DNA of 64,000 nt from Marsupella aquatica (Eukaryota > Plantae > Marchantiophyta): contig OZ316894.1 in NCBI GenBank assembly GCA_973895155.1, forward strand, positions 25,899,140-25,963,139, read 5' to 3'. Position numbers and translations under genes: made by a program. Under the pieces are notes generated by a model. That model made no database searches and was not told the origin of the DNA. It was given only the letters and a program-made list of their open reading frames with translations. Shown here piece after piece: positions 50,862 to 64,000 of the stretch. Every line of letters begins with the position of its first letter. Within the stretch, counting starts at the first letter, position 1.

Positions 50862-53598
50862 TAGTGAAGTCTCGGGAATTCAGTACTGTCTGGTTCCAGG
50901 ATCAAGTCACTTTTGCACGGTCCTCACGGCCACCCGCCCAGCCCATCCCGACCCAACCCAACCCAACCTGTGGCATTTGCTGGCAGGACTTGGCGGGTAC
51001 CTGGTGTGGTGCAATATAGTTGCAGCGTCGAAAGATGTGGCAATAATCAAGCAGAAAATATCCGCTCCTCACTCCTCTCGATACTGAATTTTCGCGACTT
51101 ACATGAAAGACATGCTTCACACCTCTAGACCATTGAAAACCAGGAAGAGAAACATCTGGGAAGCAAATGGATGGGAATCGTCAGCTCCGCCGCCCTGGGT
51201 TCCAAAGTTCAATTACTCAACCAAACGCAACACTGAACTGGAAAAGTTCGTCAGGCAGCGTGCACTCACATCTCTGTTTCCTCCTCTTTTCTTGGAAGGT
51301 GCATCCCCAAAGTGCCATTCCTTGGACAGTTGTGGAACTGACAATAATGTAGCTCAGCTGGTCAGGAACTTCGGCTGTTGGCCACAATTCCTGCTCTAAG
51401 GGCCGCAAGTACAGGGAACACAGTGGGCCGGACAGCGCTCGACATGAGCTACGACTCTCCCGAAACGGAGCAAAGAACTATATTTCCTCACGCACCGTTC
51501 CGCTAAGGTATACTTGAAGCAGCAGTACCTCATAGGCGCGAGGAATTCCATGGATTTTTTCCTCATCCTGGAAGATGCACGCCGTGCAGGTACGGTGGTT
51601 TGCTGCCTTCATAAGTCCCAACCCTATGACCACCAGCGGCCACTGATGCGTAGGCTAACAAGCCGCCCACCGGCAGATAGTGAAATCCGGTTTTTCTTCT
51701 TCGCATGAGATCGTTCAGGAAAGAAAGGCCAATCGGGGTATCGGAGTAGGCTTTTATTCTTCTGAGGTTGGGAGTTGGGACATGCATGGGCACACTGCTC
51801 GCTACAGTTCGCGACAGTAATCTCAGCCCCTGCTGATGGACTTTAAGCCTTTTCAGATTGTCGTGGATTCACAGGAATCTTGCAAGAAATGCTGTTGCGG
51901 GTAAGGAAGGCGGATACAAATCGTGGTGAACAGTAATCATGATTAATCGGTGACAAATAACGGATTGCAGTAGAGTTAAGCTGTCATGCATGAGTTACTG
52001 TATGGAGACTTTCCATTTTTCTTTACTAGCAACGGAAAGTGTGAGGAACACCCGACTCTTCCCTCTCCAGGCATGCTTGATAAGTCTGCGTAAGTTTTAG
52101 ATCTCATAAATGTCTATATAATACAGCGGGTAGTCGCCTAAATTTCATTTCCTTTTCTGTAGTCTTTACTCAATCCCTCCTGCCTCGACCGACGACGTGA
52201 GTGACATCAGAATTACGTCCGTCCTCACCCGGAGAACCAATGAGAGCGACTTTTTAGGAAAGACAATCCTGTCCTACAATCGGAAAGAAAACTTTCTGCT
52301 TCATCCAACAAATTTAATGAAATAAGTGGTGTTCCAAACTTTTCTCCATCAAGTCATCGTAACATTCGAAAGGGATGAGGAACAGGGACATCGGGACTTT
52401 TTCCTTTTCGGTCAATGATGCAAGTTCAGTGCTTGCCAGGCTTTCTAAATGATTTTCCGAAAGGCTTCTGCCTCTGACTGTAAAATTTCCTTTTCGGCAA
52501 CAAAAGTCTCACCCCAAACTTTTGGATTGATGCCGTCCCACGACAGCAGACGTTGGGGTGCAGGTCACATCATTCAATTCAAACGGCGACATCCACAGCA
52601 TTTTAGGCGCTTCGAAATTTGCGAAAACCTCACAATGAGCGAGCCTTCCTTCAATTGGATGTATTTACACGTCAATGAATGCCAGCCAAAACTTTCAACC
52701 AAACAGCTACCAAGAAAAGTTACAGGAAACCGCACAACAGCGAGGCCCACTTTGAAAATGGACTGAAATCCAAGTGCAAACCAAGCCTTCAAAACCCGCT
52801 TCAAAACCGAGGCACATTGTCAAGACTTGCAACCAAATGAGTGAGAGACGAAAGTTGAACCTGTGGTTTAGCTATTGAGCTGATTCTTTCCCATCCTTGT
52901 AAACTTGTAAATATGTAATTGTACAGTGGTCCTCTCCAGAGACACCACATGTATAATAGTTCACTCGTAATTGTAGTTTTTGTGCTTTATCACTTTCCAA
53001 ATTTAGTCTCATCCTTTACACTGTCTTCATGAGCACTCAATGCATTATTGTTTTGGTTTTTGTGACTGTTCGTTGTTCCCAGGCATCATCTTCGGACAGG
53101 TTGTGGCTCTTCTGATTCGTAGGGAAGCTTGTTGAGTTTGTTCCCCCACGAGGCATATTCCCAATGGAAAATAATTTGGCCCAGCCCCCGGAAATCCGAC
53201 AAATCCAGAAGTCTCATGGCTTTTATCGCAGACTTGGCATGCAAGGTTTTCGGTTTTTGGACGGAAAAGACACAATAATAAACGCACATAATTCATCAGT
53301 GCAGTGAACGAGTTGGCATGCAATGTTGGAGAGGGCCCGTCGGCCGGCTGGGTGAGAAGGTGAAGGTGAGGTGGGAATGTGGGACCGGATTGCCTCCACA
53401 CTACACCAAACAAGACTTCAGGAGACATGCGTCTCTCCTGGTCTCCAGGACTTGTTCTCTTCAATGAGATTCTCATGTGGAACAACAAAAACGATCGGAC
53501 CAAATCTCCAGACAAGCCCACATGGAGGACAGTGCCCTACTCTCCCGGGGCTCCTCTACCAACATATCCAGGAACAAACGACATTACTGTACGCACAC

Positions 53599-53854
53599 CA
53601 GGGTGATTTTTTCTTAAAGGGTTTTTCATTTTAGCCAAGTGGCGAATGTCGATCATCATATGTGAGAAGGAGAAGATGCTAAGAATGTTCTCCCCTAATT
53701 TTCTTAGATTAAAGTGCCACCCTTAAGTGTCCGATTCGATAATGCGGTCTGATGGAAGACAAAAAACCTACAGTACCTAATTTTAGCAAGACGTGACCAC
53801 TATTTTTTAGAGGGGGGGAATCTAGCAAATTTTAGCCAGTAAAAAAAAATGTTG
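53599..53854 (+). mobile_element. MITE family B copy
   Basis: CAGGGTGATTTT...AAAAAAATGTTG with similar flanks (GTACGCACAC/ATATGCACAC); the right end is similar to 62384-62707. Confidence 0.6.
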
Positions 53855-54919
53855 ATATGCACACTGCAATGGACTAGACTATTCAGGTATAGTGTTCCTG
53901 GTAAACCCATTTATTATAAGTCCATGAGTTGTATTCCTAGATGTTGTCCGCCTGCCCATTTCCAAGTAGGTAACAAGATAAGGAACTCCATTTTTTTCCA
54001 AGTGTCAAGAGATGGGGCCACCTATTTTCTAAGCATCTACATCTTTTGTGTGTGAAGGGCTTTGGTGAATTGAAGGTAGGGACTTGTGCAAAAGACAAAA
54101 GCTCATTGACAATGAAGCTTGAACTCTGAATTGAAGTCTTTTGTGTACAAAGGCTTTGGTGAACCCCACTTGTACTCTTGTTGGCTAATGTTGAGAAAAT
54201 TCTGCCCTTATGTGGATCTACACAAGGATCCGCACACTGTAGGTAACATTCAAAAATGTGAAGACATGTACCTTCATGTCTTCATTTTTTGTACACATTG
54301 TGCAACCCAAAATAATGGTAGTATTGCAGGACCCATTAGGCCAATAAATAGTTTCCAAGGAATGCTCATCCACAATACTAGACTTCCTTCATCAGCTTGT
54401 CTGTACATTACTTGTGGACATCAAATTCTCGAACTAGGAGCCAGGGGAGAAGAGAATTAATCTAGAATAATACGTGACATGGTTCACAAAAGTAAGCCAC
54501 GTGAAATCATCAGGAGGAGTGGAATGTACTCAAGGAGGGACAAATAGCGAAAGAAGGAGGGAAGCAGACATAAATTTGCTGTTGGAGGCGAAGATCATTT
54601 GTTTGGTATTTGTGTGACCTCTTTGGTCACACACATCATTGCTTTTAGGAGGGAAATTTAACCACATCCTATCCCACCTCGTCCAGACGAAATTCCCAGT
54701 TCTCCTCGTCTTCTTTCAGCTTAGGTCCAGGAAAAATACACATGACTTTGTGTTGCATCGACAATCCACTGGGCACCATAATTAGATTCCTTACTTTGGT
54801 TGTGACGCCACTAGATAGCATTAGACAACATACATTTATGCTTTGTATTATTGTATAGAAGATGCAATCGCGTCATACTTGCCAAACTGACAGCCATAAA
54901 CCGTGTGTAAAACTTGGCT

Positions 54920-55100
54920 TGTCACAATATTTTCAGGAGCTCTTTGGCAGAGACACAACAGAAACATGTCACAACATGTCCCAATATTTTCAGGAGCTCT
55001 TTGGCAGAGACACAACAGAAACATGTCACAACATTTTCAGGAGCGCTTTGGCAGAGACACAACATATACATGTCACAACATTTTCAGGAGTTTTCAGGAG
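54920..55100. repeat. ~47-bp minisatellite, ~3.5 copies
   Basis: TGTCACAACATTTTCAGGAGCTCTTTGGCAGAGACACAACAGAAACA units. Confidence 0.9.
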
Positions 55101-56611
55101 TGTCTTGGCAATTCTGCAGGTTCAGGAACTGTTTGGTATTGAAACCTTAAGGTGTTGGCTTTACAAGAAAGCTTGGGGCACTTGTGTATCTTTCTCACCA
55201 AAGCAAACAGTAGGCCATATCTTGGTCTTAAGATAAACCCCAGACTACAAACTTTTTAAAACAAATTACAATATATACAAATTTCTTGAATGACTGAGCC
55301 AAACTTTGCAAAAGTTTGGACCACCTCGGTCCACCTCTGGAGAGTGTCTAAATTTGTAGACCAAATAAGCACTCCACTACACATGTGAATAAACTTGGGC
55401 CCACTCCTTTCCACATAGCATTAGGAGTAGGCACCCTACCTGAATGGGCCCTCATTGCTGTAAAGCCAACTGTATAGCCCAGATTTATTTTGAGAGTGAA
55501 TGAAAAGAAGAAAGTGGGCCCATACTCCTTGTGAAGCCACCTTGAGTTTGGGGTGAGCGTTTGGCAATGAACAAGCCCCAAAACTCTTACTGCCCTGGTC
55601 AGAACCACCTCTTTAACCAAAAAAAGTTGAATCCTCGTTCCCCCTTTCTAAATCTCTCATCTCCCACACCCCACTTGCTGAGGTGGGCAGGAGTTCAGGG
55701 CAGGGAGGTTGGGAAGTTATTTGTCTTGGATTAGCCAGTTCTCACCTTGTCTCCCCAAACCTGGCCACAAGGAAAAACCCTTTACAATTACCCTGGTGGT
55801 CCTACCTCATTTTTCTTTGTTGTACCGTATTGTATGGACCTCGAGGTGGGTTGGGGTGATAAGGGAGGGGAGGTGAGGGAGATTTTACCAAATATAAACA
55901 TTTCCTGCAGTTCTCTGCTGGACCAGAATCTTTCAATCTCATCTCAATACCTATGGCTCCAAATTGATGGATTCTTTGGACACATGCTCTGTAGCTTTGG
56001 GCTCCATTTGCAAACATCCATATCATAATCATGTAAATATGCTTGCTGATGGATGCTAGATAGCACTGTAGCCTAAGTCCTTGACCTTCACTTTAGGCAA
56101 GGCCTCCTTGTGATATGGGGCACCAAAAGAAAACAATAAATAAGCCTTCCTTCACTAAGAATCCATTGAACCATAATTTGTTGTGGGTGCCTCATTTAGA
56201 GCACCATTGTTTAAGAAGAAAACCAATTGGCCAGATTGGATCAGACCTCAGACCACTCCCTAAGGGTCCGCTATTGGGCGAGACTGGGAGGGAATGTAAC
56301 AGGATCAACCCATGGGCCCATTTTTCAAGCCCCACTTACTATGCTCTGTCAGTGCACTGCAATGTCAAGGCCCGTTGTTTTTCCCTTCAGCCCACGGTCC
56401 GATGGACAAGCTAGCCAGCAGGACAAATCCTGCCAGTCGTTCAAATTAATTGTACTAAAAATGCTCTCCAGTAAGTTAGCTGATTGCCAGAATGATGCAA
56501 AATTGTTATAGCATTTTTAACATGTATCTACATCGCAAAATGTGGCATCGTGAACCTCGGATAGTCAGGAGCAGGCCTGAGAGACTTGCTGAGAGATGAT
56601 TGTGCAGGCTC

Positions 56612-57250
56612 CTCGGGGGTCTCACTATATAGCCCCACCCCCCAACACCTGTGACATTTAGAAGCCTTGGACCTGTTAAGGATTGCTCTTAGTCTTGTGA
56701 CTCAAAGGTTACGGCACTTAGGCTAACCACAGTTAGGGTCTTAGCTGAGGTTAGGTTAGTCGTGTGTGACCTTGTATATACCAGGGCTAGTGTCAGCCGC
56801 TGGTGTGTGGTGCTTACTCATTGTAACGGAGCAACTTGAGGAAGAGGGAGAGCATGTGTGTTTGTCTACTCTTGAAGTAAAGCTTGAGTGTTCGTGTGGA
56901 CGTAGCCTTAGAGAAGAGGTGAACCATGTAGAGATTGTGTTGACTACGTGTGCATGCAATGACTAATGATTGGATCGTCATGAAGGAAGACGTCATAGTT
57001 CAACAGGACCCCCTGTAAGACAAGAATTTTCCAAAAAAATAATTAAGTTGGAATATCCTTGGAAGATTCCAAAATTTTAATTAGAAGGGCCATAATGTTC
57101 ATACAAGACTCAAAATTGGATTTTAAAGTCCCTACCCAAGTCCCTATTGTTCTTCCAAGAAAAAATTGAAGTTTTATCTTAAAACCAATAAAACAAGCAT
57201 ATGCTTTGTTGCAAGTGATGTGCCACTTCTGTGATAATGAACCCCCCAAG
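56612..57250 (+). mobile_element. hAT-type MITE, family A copy 4, interrupted by a solo LTR
   Basis: CTCGGGGGTCTCACT...AATGAACCCCCCAAG; degenerate TSD GCAGGCTC/GTAGACTT. Confidence 0.8.
56674..57005 (+). mobile_element. Solo LTR nested in the MITE
   Basis: TGTTAAGGATTGCTCTTAG...TTCAACA, perfect TSD GGACC, and core GTGGACGTAGCC..GAGGTGAACCA. Confidence 0.9.
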
Positions 57251-57365
57251 GTAGACTTGCTGGTCCCTCCCAAGCAAGTGTTTGCTTGGCTCGTTATCAT
57301 CCTACACAGAAATGTTCTTCATCACCAGCTCTTGCTCAACCTGGATTTACCAGGCTGTGTACTAG

Positions 57366-58026
57366 TGTAAGAAATTGCCGGCTCAAACTAGACAACAAAT
57401 GCGGAACATTAGAGCGACACTCGATCACACGCTCTACCAATGAGACACCACAAGTGGAGAAACTCCTTAATTAAGGATCCATAGCATATGAGCGAACATG
57501 TGAAGAATGAGGGAGATAAGCCGGGAGATAATGCTCACCCTCCAACCTATACCTCCTAGTGGGGGCCGAGATGTGTGGGCCTAATTCAAGTGGATGTAAT
57601 CCAAGGTTACCTAACCGTAATCCAAGGTTAACTAACCCTAGAGAGGCTAATCGAACTAAATTTGGGAACTCAAGTCAATTCCTAACACCAGGTTAGTAGC
57701 CAGAAATGTACTTGATCAACACCTCTTGGTGACATACCTATGTACCGGGTAGCTAGCTGCCTGGCATTAGGTGTATTTGGACTCATGGAGGGGTTGAATT
57801 CTGCTCCCAAGATTAATTTAGATTTACGTTGCTTATAGTAATTCATGATTTAGTTCAGGTGTTTCTTATATAACCTTATATTACCTCACCGTTTTTTCTT
57901 ACAGGCTCCGACTCAACTTGCCAAATCTTTTGATACACACCCTAGACTTGTCACCACCTAGGCTCCAACTCAACTTGCCAAATCTTTTGATACACACCCT
58001 AGACTTGTCGCCACCTGATCCTTACA
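57366..58026. mobile_element. Probable solo LTR of an unrelated family
   Basis: TGTAAG...CTTACA inverted ends, imperfect TSD ACTAG/GATAG, and an internal 2 x 57-bp duplication at 57903-58016. Confidence 0.55.
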
Positions 58027-61000
58027 GATAGATCCACCCAAAAATACCTTGGGTGGGCAAGAGATAGACACCTCTCCTAAGGCAAGCCAATCCCCAGTTG
58101 CCACAGGCTACTTGCACCAAACCGAAAAAACATGATGTAAGTCTTACCCCTCTGAATGACCATACAATCATCAGCCTCTACCACAGAACAATTTCAATCA
58201 CACTTTTTCAACTTAAAGTCTAGACTTTAGGACAACTTTGTCATTCAACTAAAAGAGAAAGTATGAGTGTGCTAAAATCCAGTAAAATGTAGCGTGTACG
58301 TAGGGTTGGATCCTGGCTTGTGAAAGCTTGAAAGGAAGAATTTTGTCACCTACATTCTAAGAATATTAATTCAAGCATCCGGGCATATAGAGTGAGTTTT
58401 CAGTGTATAATAGTTTCTAAAATTAAAATGGAAATCAGGAGAATAATATTCCAGTCCTGAGCTATTTCCTGAAATGAAAAGTAGTTAATACTGGGATGGC
58501 ACTAGAGTAATATTGATTCACAAATGAGAAGAGATCCTGTCAAAATACCACCTCAATGGGTACGTGGTCTAAACTTTGGTCAAAACTACACTAGATATCC
58601 ACATAAGCATTTTGGGGACCCACTTAGTTCATGTAGGGTTGGGATAAGTCCATGCAGGATTGGGAGATTTCTGTACAATTGACCTCTCAACCCGCCTCTC
58701 AATTTCATGTAAAGCCAAAGTGGGTGGGTCACTTCATTTGAATGGTTGGGATAAAATCTAAAAGCCAATCTTGAAAGTCACTGGTCAATTGTTGTCCAGT
58801 CATACTTGTAAAGCCCGCCCTAGTAAGATCATTTGCACAGCTCTATGAACGGCTGGGTCAGTGGCAAGTTTGACAAGTCCCAAGTCCCACCCTCCAAAGT
58901 CATACCCGCCTCTAGATGAGATAATCACACAATCATCAGCCCCTACCACAACACAATTAGAATAATTACATGTACTGTCTCGGGGACATGTATATCTAAT
59001 GTTCATCCTAATTAGTGTTATGTCCAAATTAGTGTTAGTCACACTAATTTATGTGAACTTGATCCGGAAGCAAAAGTAACACTAATTGGTGTAGGTTTTC
59101 AAAAAAATTAATGAAATTTTGTTGAAATGTTTTGTTCAACATATTACTGTAGAGCATTTGGAGATGAAAGCTCTGTAGTCATGGAGGGCTAGAGTATCTA
59201 CTAGAAATTTGAGGGCTCCACAACATTTACTCCCACGGGCAATCATTTTTTAGGTTTGATTTCACATCCAACAGTAGAGCATTTGGAGGTGGGGAGAGCT
59301 CTATAGTCGTGGAGGCTAAAGCATCTATAATTAGGGATCTTTTTCTGTCAGCTCACTTTGAACTACCGCTCACATTGTGCTCATTAATCAATGTTAGCCT
59401 GAAAGAGAGAGACAACTGAATACCCTAACAAAGAGCCTATGATGAGAGGCCTGGTTGCCAAGAACAATTGAAGTCCCGTCATTTTGGTGCCACGCAATAC
59501 GAGTAAAAAAGTCACATGAGTTAGGGTTACGTAACACTATTTGGCGCGCGTGGAATTGGTGTTTGCTAGGAATTAGTGTGACTAACACTAATTTGTGAGT
59601 AGACTCCAAAAATGGGCGCTCTTGAATTAGTGTCACACTAATTATGGTGAACAATGTACTTAAAACCAATAAAGAGGAAACAAAAGCCCAGATGGAGTGA
59701 CACATTGTCCTTGCCCATCCCCATGGACTGCATAAAGCAATCGTCACTTTTACACTGGGAACAAAACGAAACCAGTCGCAGATCGCAGTTGACAACTACC
59801 TTAGGGAGAAAGTAGTCAAGTCGACGCCATGGTGATCCTGAGTAATGGCATAACAACTTGACATCTTTCAGGTTGAAGGTCTGATAACTTGATAATGTAA
59901 TTGAAACTGGTTTGATGTTGGCCAGGATGTTGACCAAGGAAACCTGTATGATAATGTAATTGAAACTGGCTGCAACGGTATGGAGACTGTTTACAGGTTT
60001 CAGTCAAAAGTGTAAACAATGTTATCTGATCAGTTTAAATCTTTTGAGCAAGTCCATCTGGGCTTTAGTTTCCAATAAAGAGTGTATCATGCATTGACAT
60101 TTTAGATAACTGTTTCAAATAGTGCATTTTACTAAGATGCCCTATTTGTAAAATAAGGCTTTTCAATCCTTGAACAATACGGCAAACCAAAACTGTTCTT
60201 TTTAATCAGGTAAAATTTTGAATTTGTGTTGTACCCAGCGTATTACAAAGCTTCATTGACCATGATTGTCTGTTAAGAAGCAAATGTTATGGAACCCTGA
60301 TTTTGATGTCTGTAAAGATGTATCTGTAACCAATAATTCACTGTTAACTGCCTGTGACTTTTGGAACCATGAGACACCATAGTACTGTCCCTGTAGACCT
60401 CCTCTTGTTTTTATTTTGTAGTTTGGAGGAGGCCCCAGCCACCGCCTTGCCAGCCTGGCTATAGGGCTCCAAAATTCTGAAACTGAGTGTGAAAAAAGAG
60501 TTCAGAGGTTATGCTTGCTAAACCATGGCCTGTTCCTAACCCTAAACCCATAACCCCCTCCAAACCATGGGTTACCCTCCACAATACCCAATTTAAAAAG
60601 AGTGATTGTGAATGGTTTGTTTTCTGTGCCTGGCCTTTTGTGGTGTACTGTGGATGGCACAGGAAAGGAAGGGCAAGAAAGAATCCAGTGGCCTATAAAA
60701 TAGTGATCTCCTTGTTCCTTTTCTTTTTCATTCTTGCCCTATGCCGTCCAATTCGTCTGCCTTTGCATTCCTATCCCATTCCAATCATATCATCATTGCC
60801 ACAGTGCATGCCCATTCACTTTGTCCAACCCTGTTTCTTGGGGAGGTGCAGGAGACGACGAAGGACCAATTTACTAAAAAGGGGGCAAACAAAGTACGAA
60901 GGAGTAAAAGCAACTTAGAAGGTGCAGAGAGGACAAACACCAAAAGAAAAAGGCAAATGTAAACCCCCAAAAAACCTAGAAAGAAGATCACGAGGTGGAA

Positions 61001-62383
61001 AGGAGATCTTCATCTATGACCTCACTCTTCCCTATCTGTAACCATACTTTGGCAACGGAGAAAACCCTTGAAAGCTTTCATTCCTACTCTCTTGGTCTTC
61101 ATTGTTCTATGTGCGCACTCATTGGAGAATAATAATCAAATCATGCCTCTCTTTTGGGAAGGACTGTCTGACAAGGTTTGGCCGCTACCACGGAGGATGT
61201 CCCCAAGCCTTTTTGCATCAGATCAATGATTAAAAGCTACAAGTGTTGTCAGTAGAACTCAATTGCTCCTTCAACCATAGTTATTTCTCTATAGAGAACC
61301 CATCTGACCTGCACAGAATCAACATTTTCCAAGTTATAGTTAAAGTTTTGATTTGTCCTATGGAAGTGTTTCCTTCATCCATATGAAATTGGAGGCAAAC
61401 CCCTCATAAGTATTTTAGTTCAGTCTGTTGTGACCATGTAGGTTTTAAGTTATCTATTATTTGTGTTTCAAGTAACCCCTTTAGATTATTTCAGGATGAT
61501 TTTGCCTTCCCCGTTATTCATGTCTTTCCCGGCTAGAAATTGAATTTTAGGGCGGGCCCAGAACGGAACTGTGCACCCAACAACCATAAAACCATTGTGA
61601 TACTCTTCTCAGACTGTTATTTATATATATATATGTACTACAATAAAGTAATGTATTCACCAATAGTTTTTTTGCATCGATTATTTCTTTCAAATGTTAC
61701 ACTGTACAAGGACGGTGCTAGCCCTTGTTCATTGTGCACATATAGAGCTTACCCTTAACATTTAATACACCTAGCTAAAAACAAATATACAAATGGATTT
61801 TTTAATTCAGGTCATTAAGACAGAATAACTGTCCTTTCAATAATTCAATGTGTACCATAGGACAAATACTAAGCAAGTTCGAGGTTGAAGAACTTAATGC
61901 TTGAAAGACCACTTGCCATGAATCTTGCAACCTGGATGGACGAGTTTACTATTGACCAATAGTATATAGATTTTCTTACAAAGAAAGGTTTTATCTAAAT
62001 ACTTAATGCCCTTCTTAATTTTGAAAATATTTTTATGACAATTAGAGAGACGAATCAAATGAATAGGGAAGATAGGATCAACTCGTCATGAAGATTCTCC
62101 TCTCCTTTTTACTAAAATTAAAAAAATAAGAATCTTTGAGATCTTTAGGTATGTTATGGTCCCTTTACGAAAGCATCATGGTCACAATAGCCCCTCAAAA
62201 CTCGAGCCCAAGCTCTCATTTTTCAAGGGTACAGAGAGAATCCTGCAACTAAAAAGATTGTATCCATGGTAGGATTGATTTGCAATCACAAACTGACAAA
62301 TCAGTTTGTTAGTAATCCAACTTGAGAGTAAGTTGATCATTGATACCACGAACTGACAGATCCAGTTTGTTAGTGATCAGACC

Positions 62384-62707
62384 CAGCGTTTTTTTTCAAG
62401 GTTTTCAATGTAGTGTGTGAAGAGAGAAGATGCTCAAACTATCTGCTTATTTTGATTATTTAACTCAAGTGTGTGAAGGAGAAGATGCTCAAAATATTCT
62501 TTATCTGATTATTTTGATTATTTCCTTGACTGTCACATTTCCCTAGATTAGATTCATAGGCTCATAGTTAGATTCTAGCTAATGGGGCTGTGATTAGGTG
62601 GGACACTTGTTAATAAGACAGGAAAATACTAGCTAATTTTGGCCAAAAGTGGGGAAAGCTTTTTGGGAGGTGGAATTTGGCAAATTTTTGCCATTAAAAA
62701 AATGCTG
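62384..62707 (+). mobile_element. hAT-like MITE, family B
   Basis: TIR CAGCGTTTTTTT / AAAAAAATGCTG; 8-bp TSD ATCAGACC/ATCAGGCC. Confidence 0.8.
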
Positions 62708-62829
62708 ATCAGGCCACTTATCAGTGCAATTCGTGTTCCTCCCACTAAATCTGGTGAATAAATTTTGGGGATCCACTAATGAATTCCAGTAGTTGTGAGC
62801 TACTAACTTTAATTTTGTTATCTATTTCA

Positions 62830-63206
62830 GAGCATCTTCAACCCTATGAGGTTTAGGGTTAGCTAGTCTGAAAAAATCCTTTTTTTGGTTATATGTAGTT
62901 ATCAGGGCTACCTGAAAAGCAGCTTCAACCGAATCAACCCTCACAAGATAATTTGCCTCAAAAGTGGAGGTCAGCTAGAGATCAACAAGTGTAAATGAAA
63001 TTTTGAAACCCAACAACCAACCTAGTACAAAGTCAACTGCTATATAATCTCTTCCATAATTATACAGTAGTAACTAGAAAAGGAGGGCCTTTAAAACCAA
63101 ATAGTGCTCAAGTGAATGGGTTGGACCTGACTTTTTGCATTTTCTTTACTGAATTTGATCAACACCCCGATGCAAAAACCACACTCAGTAGGGTTGAGGG
63201 ATGCAC
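62830..63206. mobile_element. Tourist-like MITE related to 8418-10213
   Basis: GAGCATCTTCAACCCTA...TAGGGTTGAGGGATGCAC with flanks TCA/TAA; both internal ends match those of 8418-10213 in reverse. Confidence 0.7.
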
Positions 63207-64000
63207 TAATCAGCATGATAATGCTACTAATTGGGCCTACAGTCTAGAGTGAAGCCTCTAGAATGCGCCCTGACTTTGGGGCACAACTACAGTTGCCGTG
63301 GTGGAACTGGAAATTGGGAGGAGAATTGAAGACTGGTACAATGGTACTCACTCACTGTTTATTCATGAGCAAAACTCAGGCATTGAAGCTAGTAACACTA
63401 ATCCCACTTTCAGGAACTGGTGTTACTTAACGCCTGGCTACTGTAGCTACTGCAAAAACTCATAAGTGTTTGTCAACTATGGCACACTTGAAAGGATATA
63501 GGGTCAGTCATTTCCTTCACAAGTCTTAACTAAACCTGCAACATCCCTTGTGATGGGTAAAAGATTGCTCCTGCAAGGTAGATTGCTACCTCTGCACACA
63601 TTTAATTGGACAGAGCTGTGTTCACTGTAGAAATGCTGCTCCGTGGCCCTCCACAAGTACTCCACTTAATCCATGAAGTAGTTGTTGCAGAAACACATTT
63701 TTAACTCACAGCTTAAGCCAAAGTAGACAAAATTAAAGTGACTTTGTAAAAGGGATGCAAATTACTGTTTGGACTGGAGATCCAGTTCACCCAAAACTAC
63801 TGTAAGTTACAAACAGTAATTTTGTAGTATCAATAATTATTGTGTAACACTAGTAACCGTGATCAGTGTACTGGCTTCACTGGTAATCTCAAACCTCAAG
63901 GTTGCATTTCTGTAGTTGGCCTGTGAGGAGTTTCTGTCATTAATTTTGCCTCCGCCTCTGGAAGTGGGATTAGAATCTGGGCAGCACTTTGATGTTTTTT

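Overview
Plant nuclear DNA, probably a bryophyte or other non-seed plant (inferred from gene style and TE families). There are two host genes, both on +: an 11-exon P-class PPR gene matching the EMB2654/At2g41720 type with a long N-terminal extension (10882-17804), and a 4-exon PLATZ transcription factor (43673-45445) that may have an upstream CUG start. Most of the rest is layered transposon sequence. A full-length but defective Ty1/copia element (284-6013; 421-bp LTRs, TSD ACTAT) splits the ORF of an older, probably hAT-type, DNA transposon. There are also four related solo LTRs, a four-copy hAT-type MITE family with 8-bp TSDs, a second CAG..CTG MITE family, two Tourist/PIF elements, a pogo-like MITE, an L1 3' relic and a decayed CRE/RLE-type non-LTR element. 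About 41.2-53.5 kb is a CpG-rich, TE-free domain around PLATZ. I found no clearly new biological system. The best leads are the CUG start, the telomere-like arrays in the LTRs, the RLE retroelement and the hAT C-terminal domain. All coordinates and counts were read by eye.
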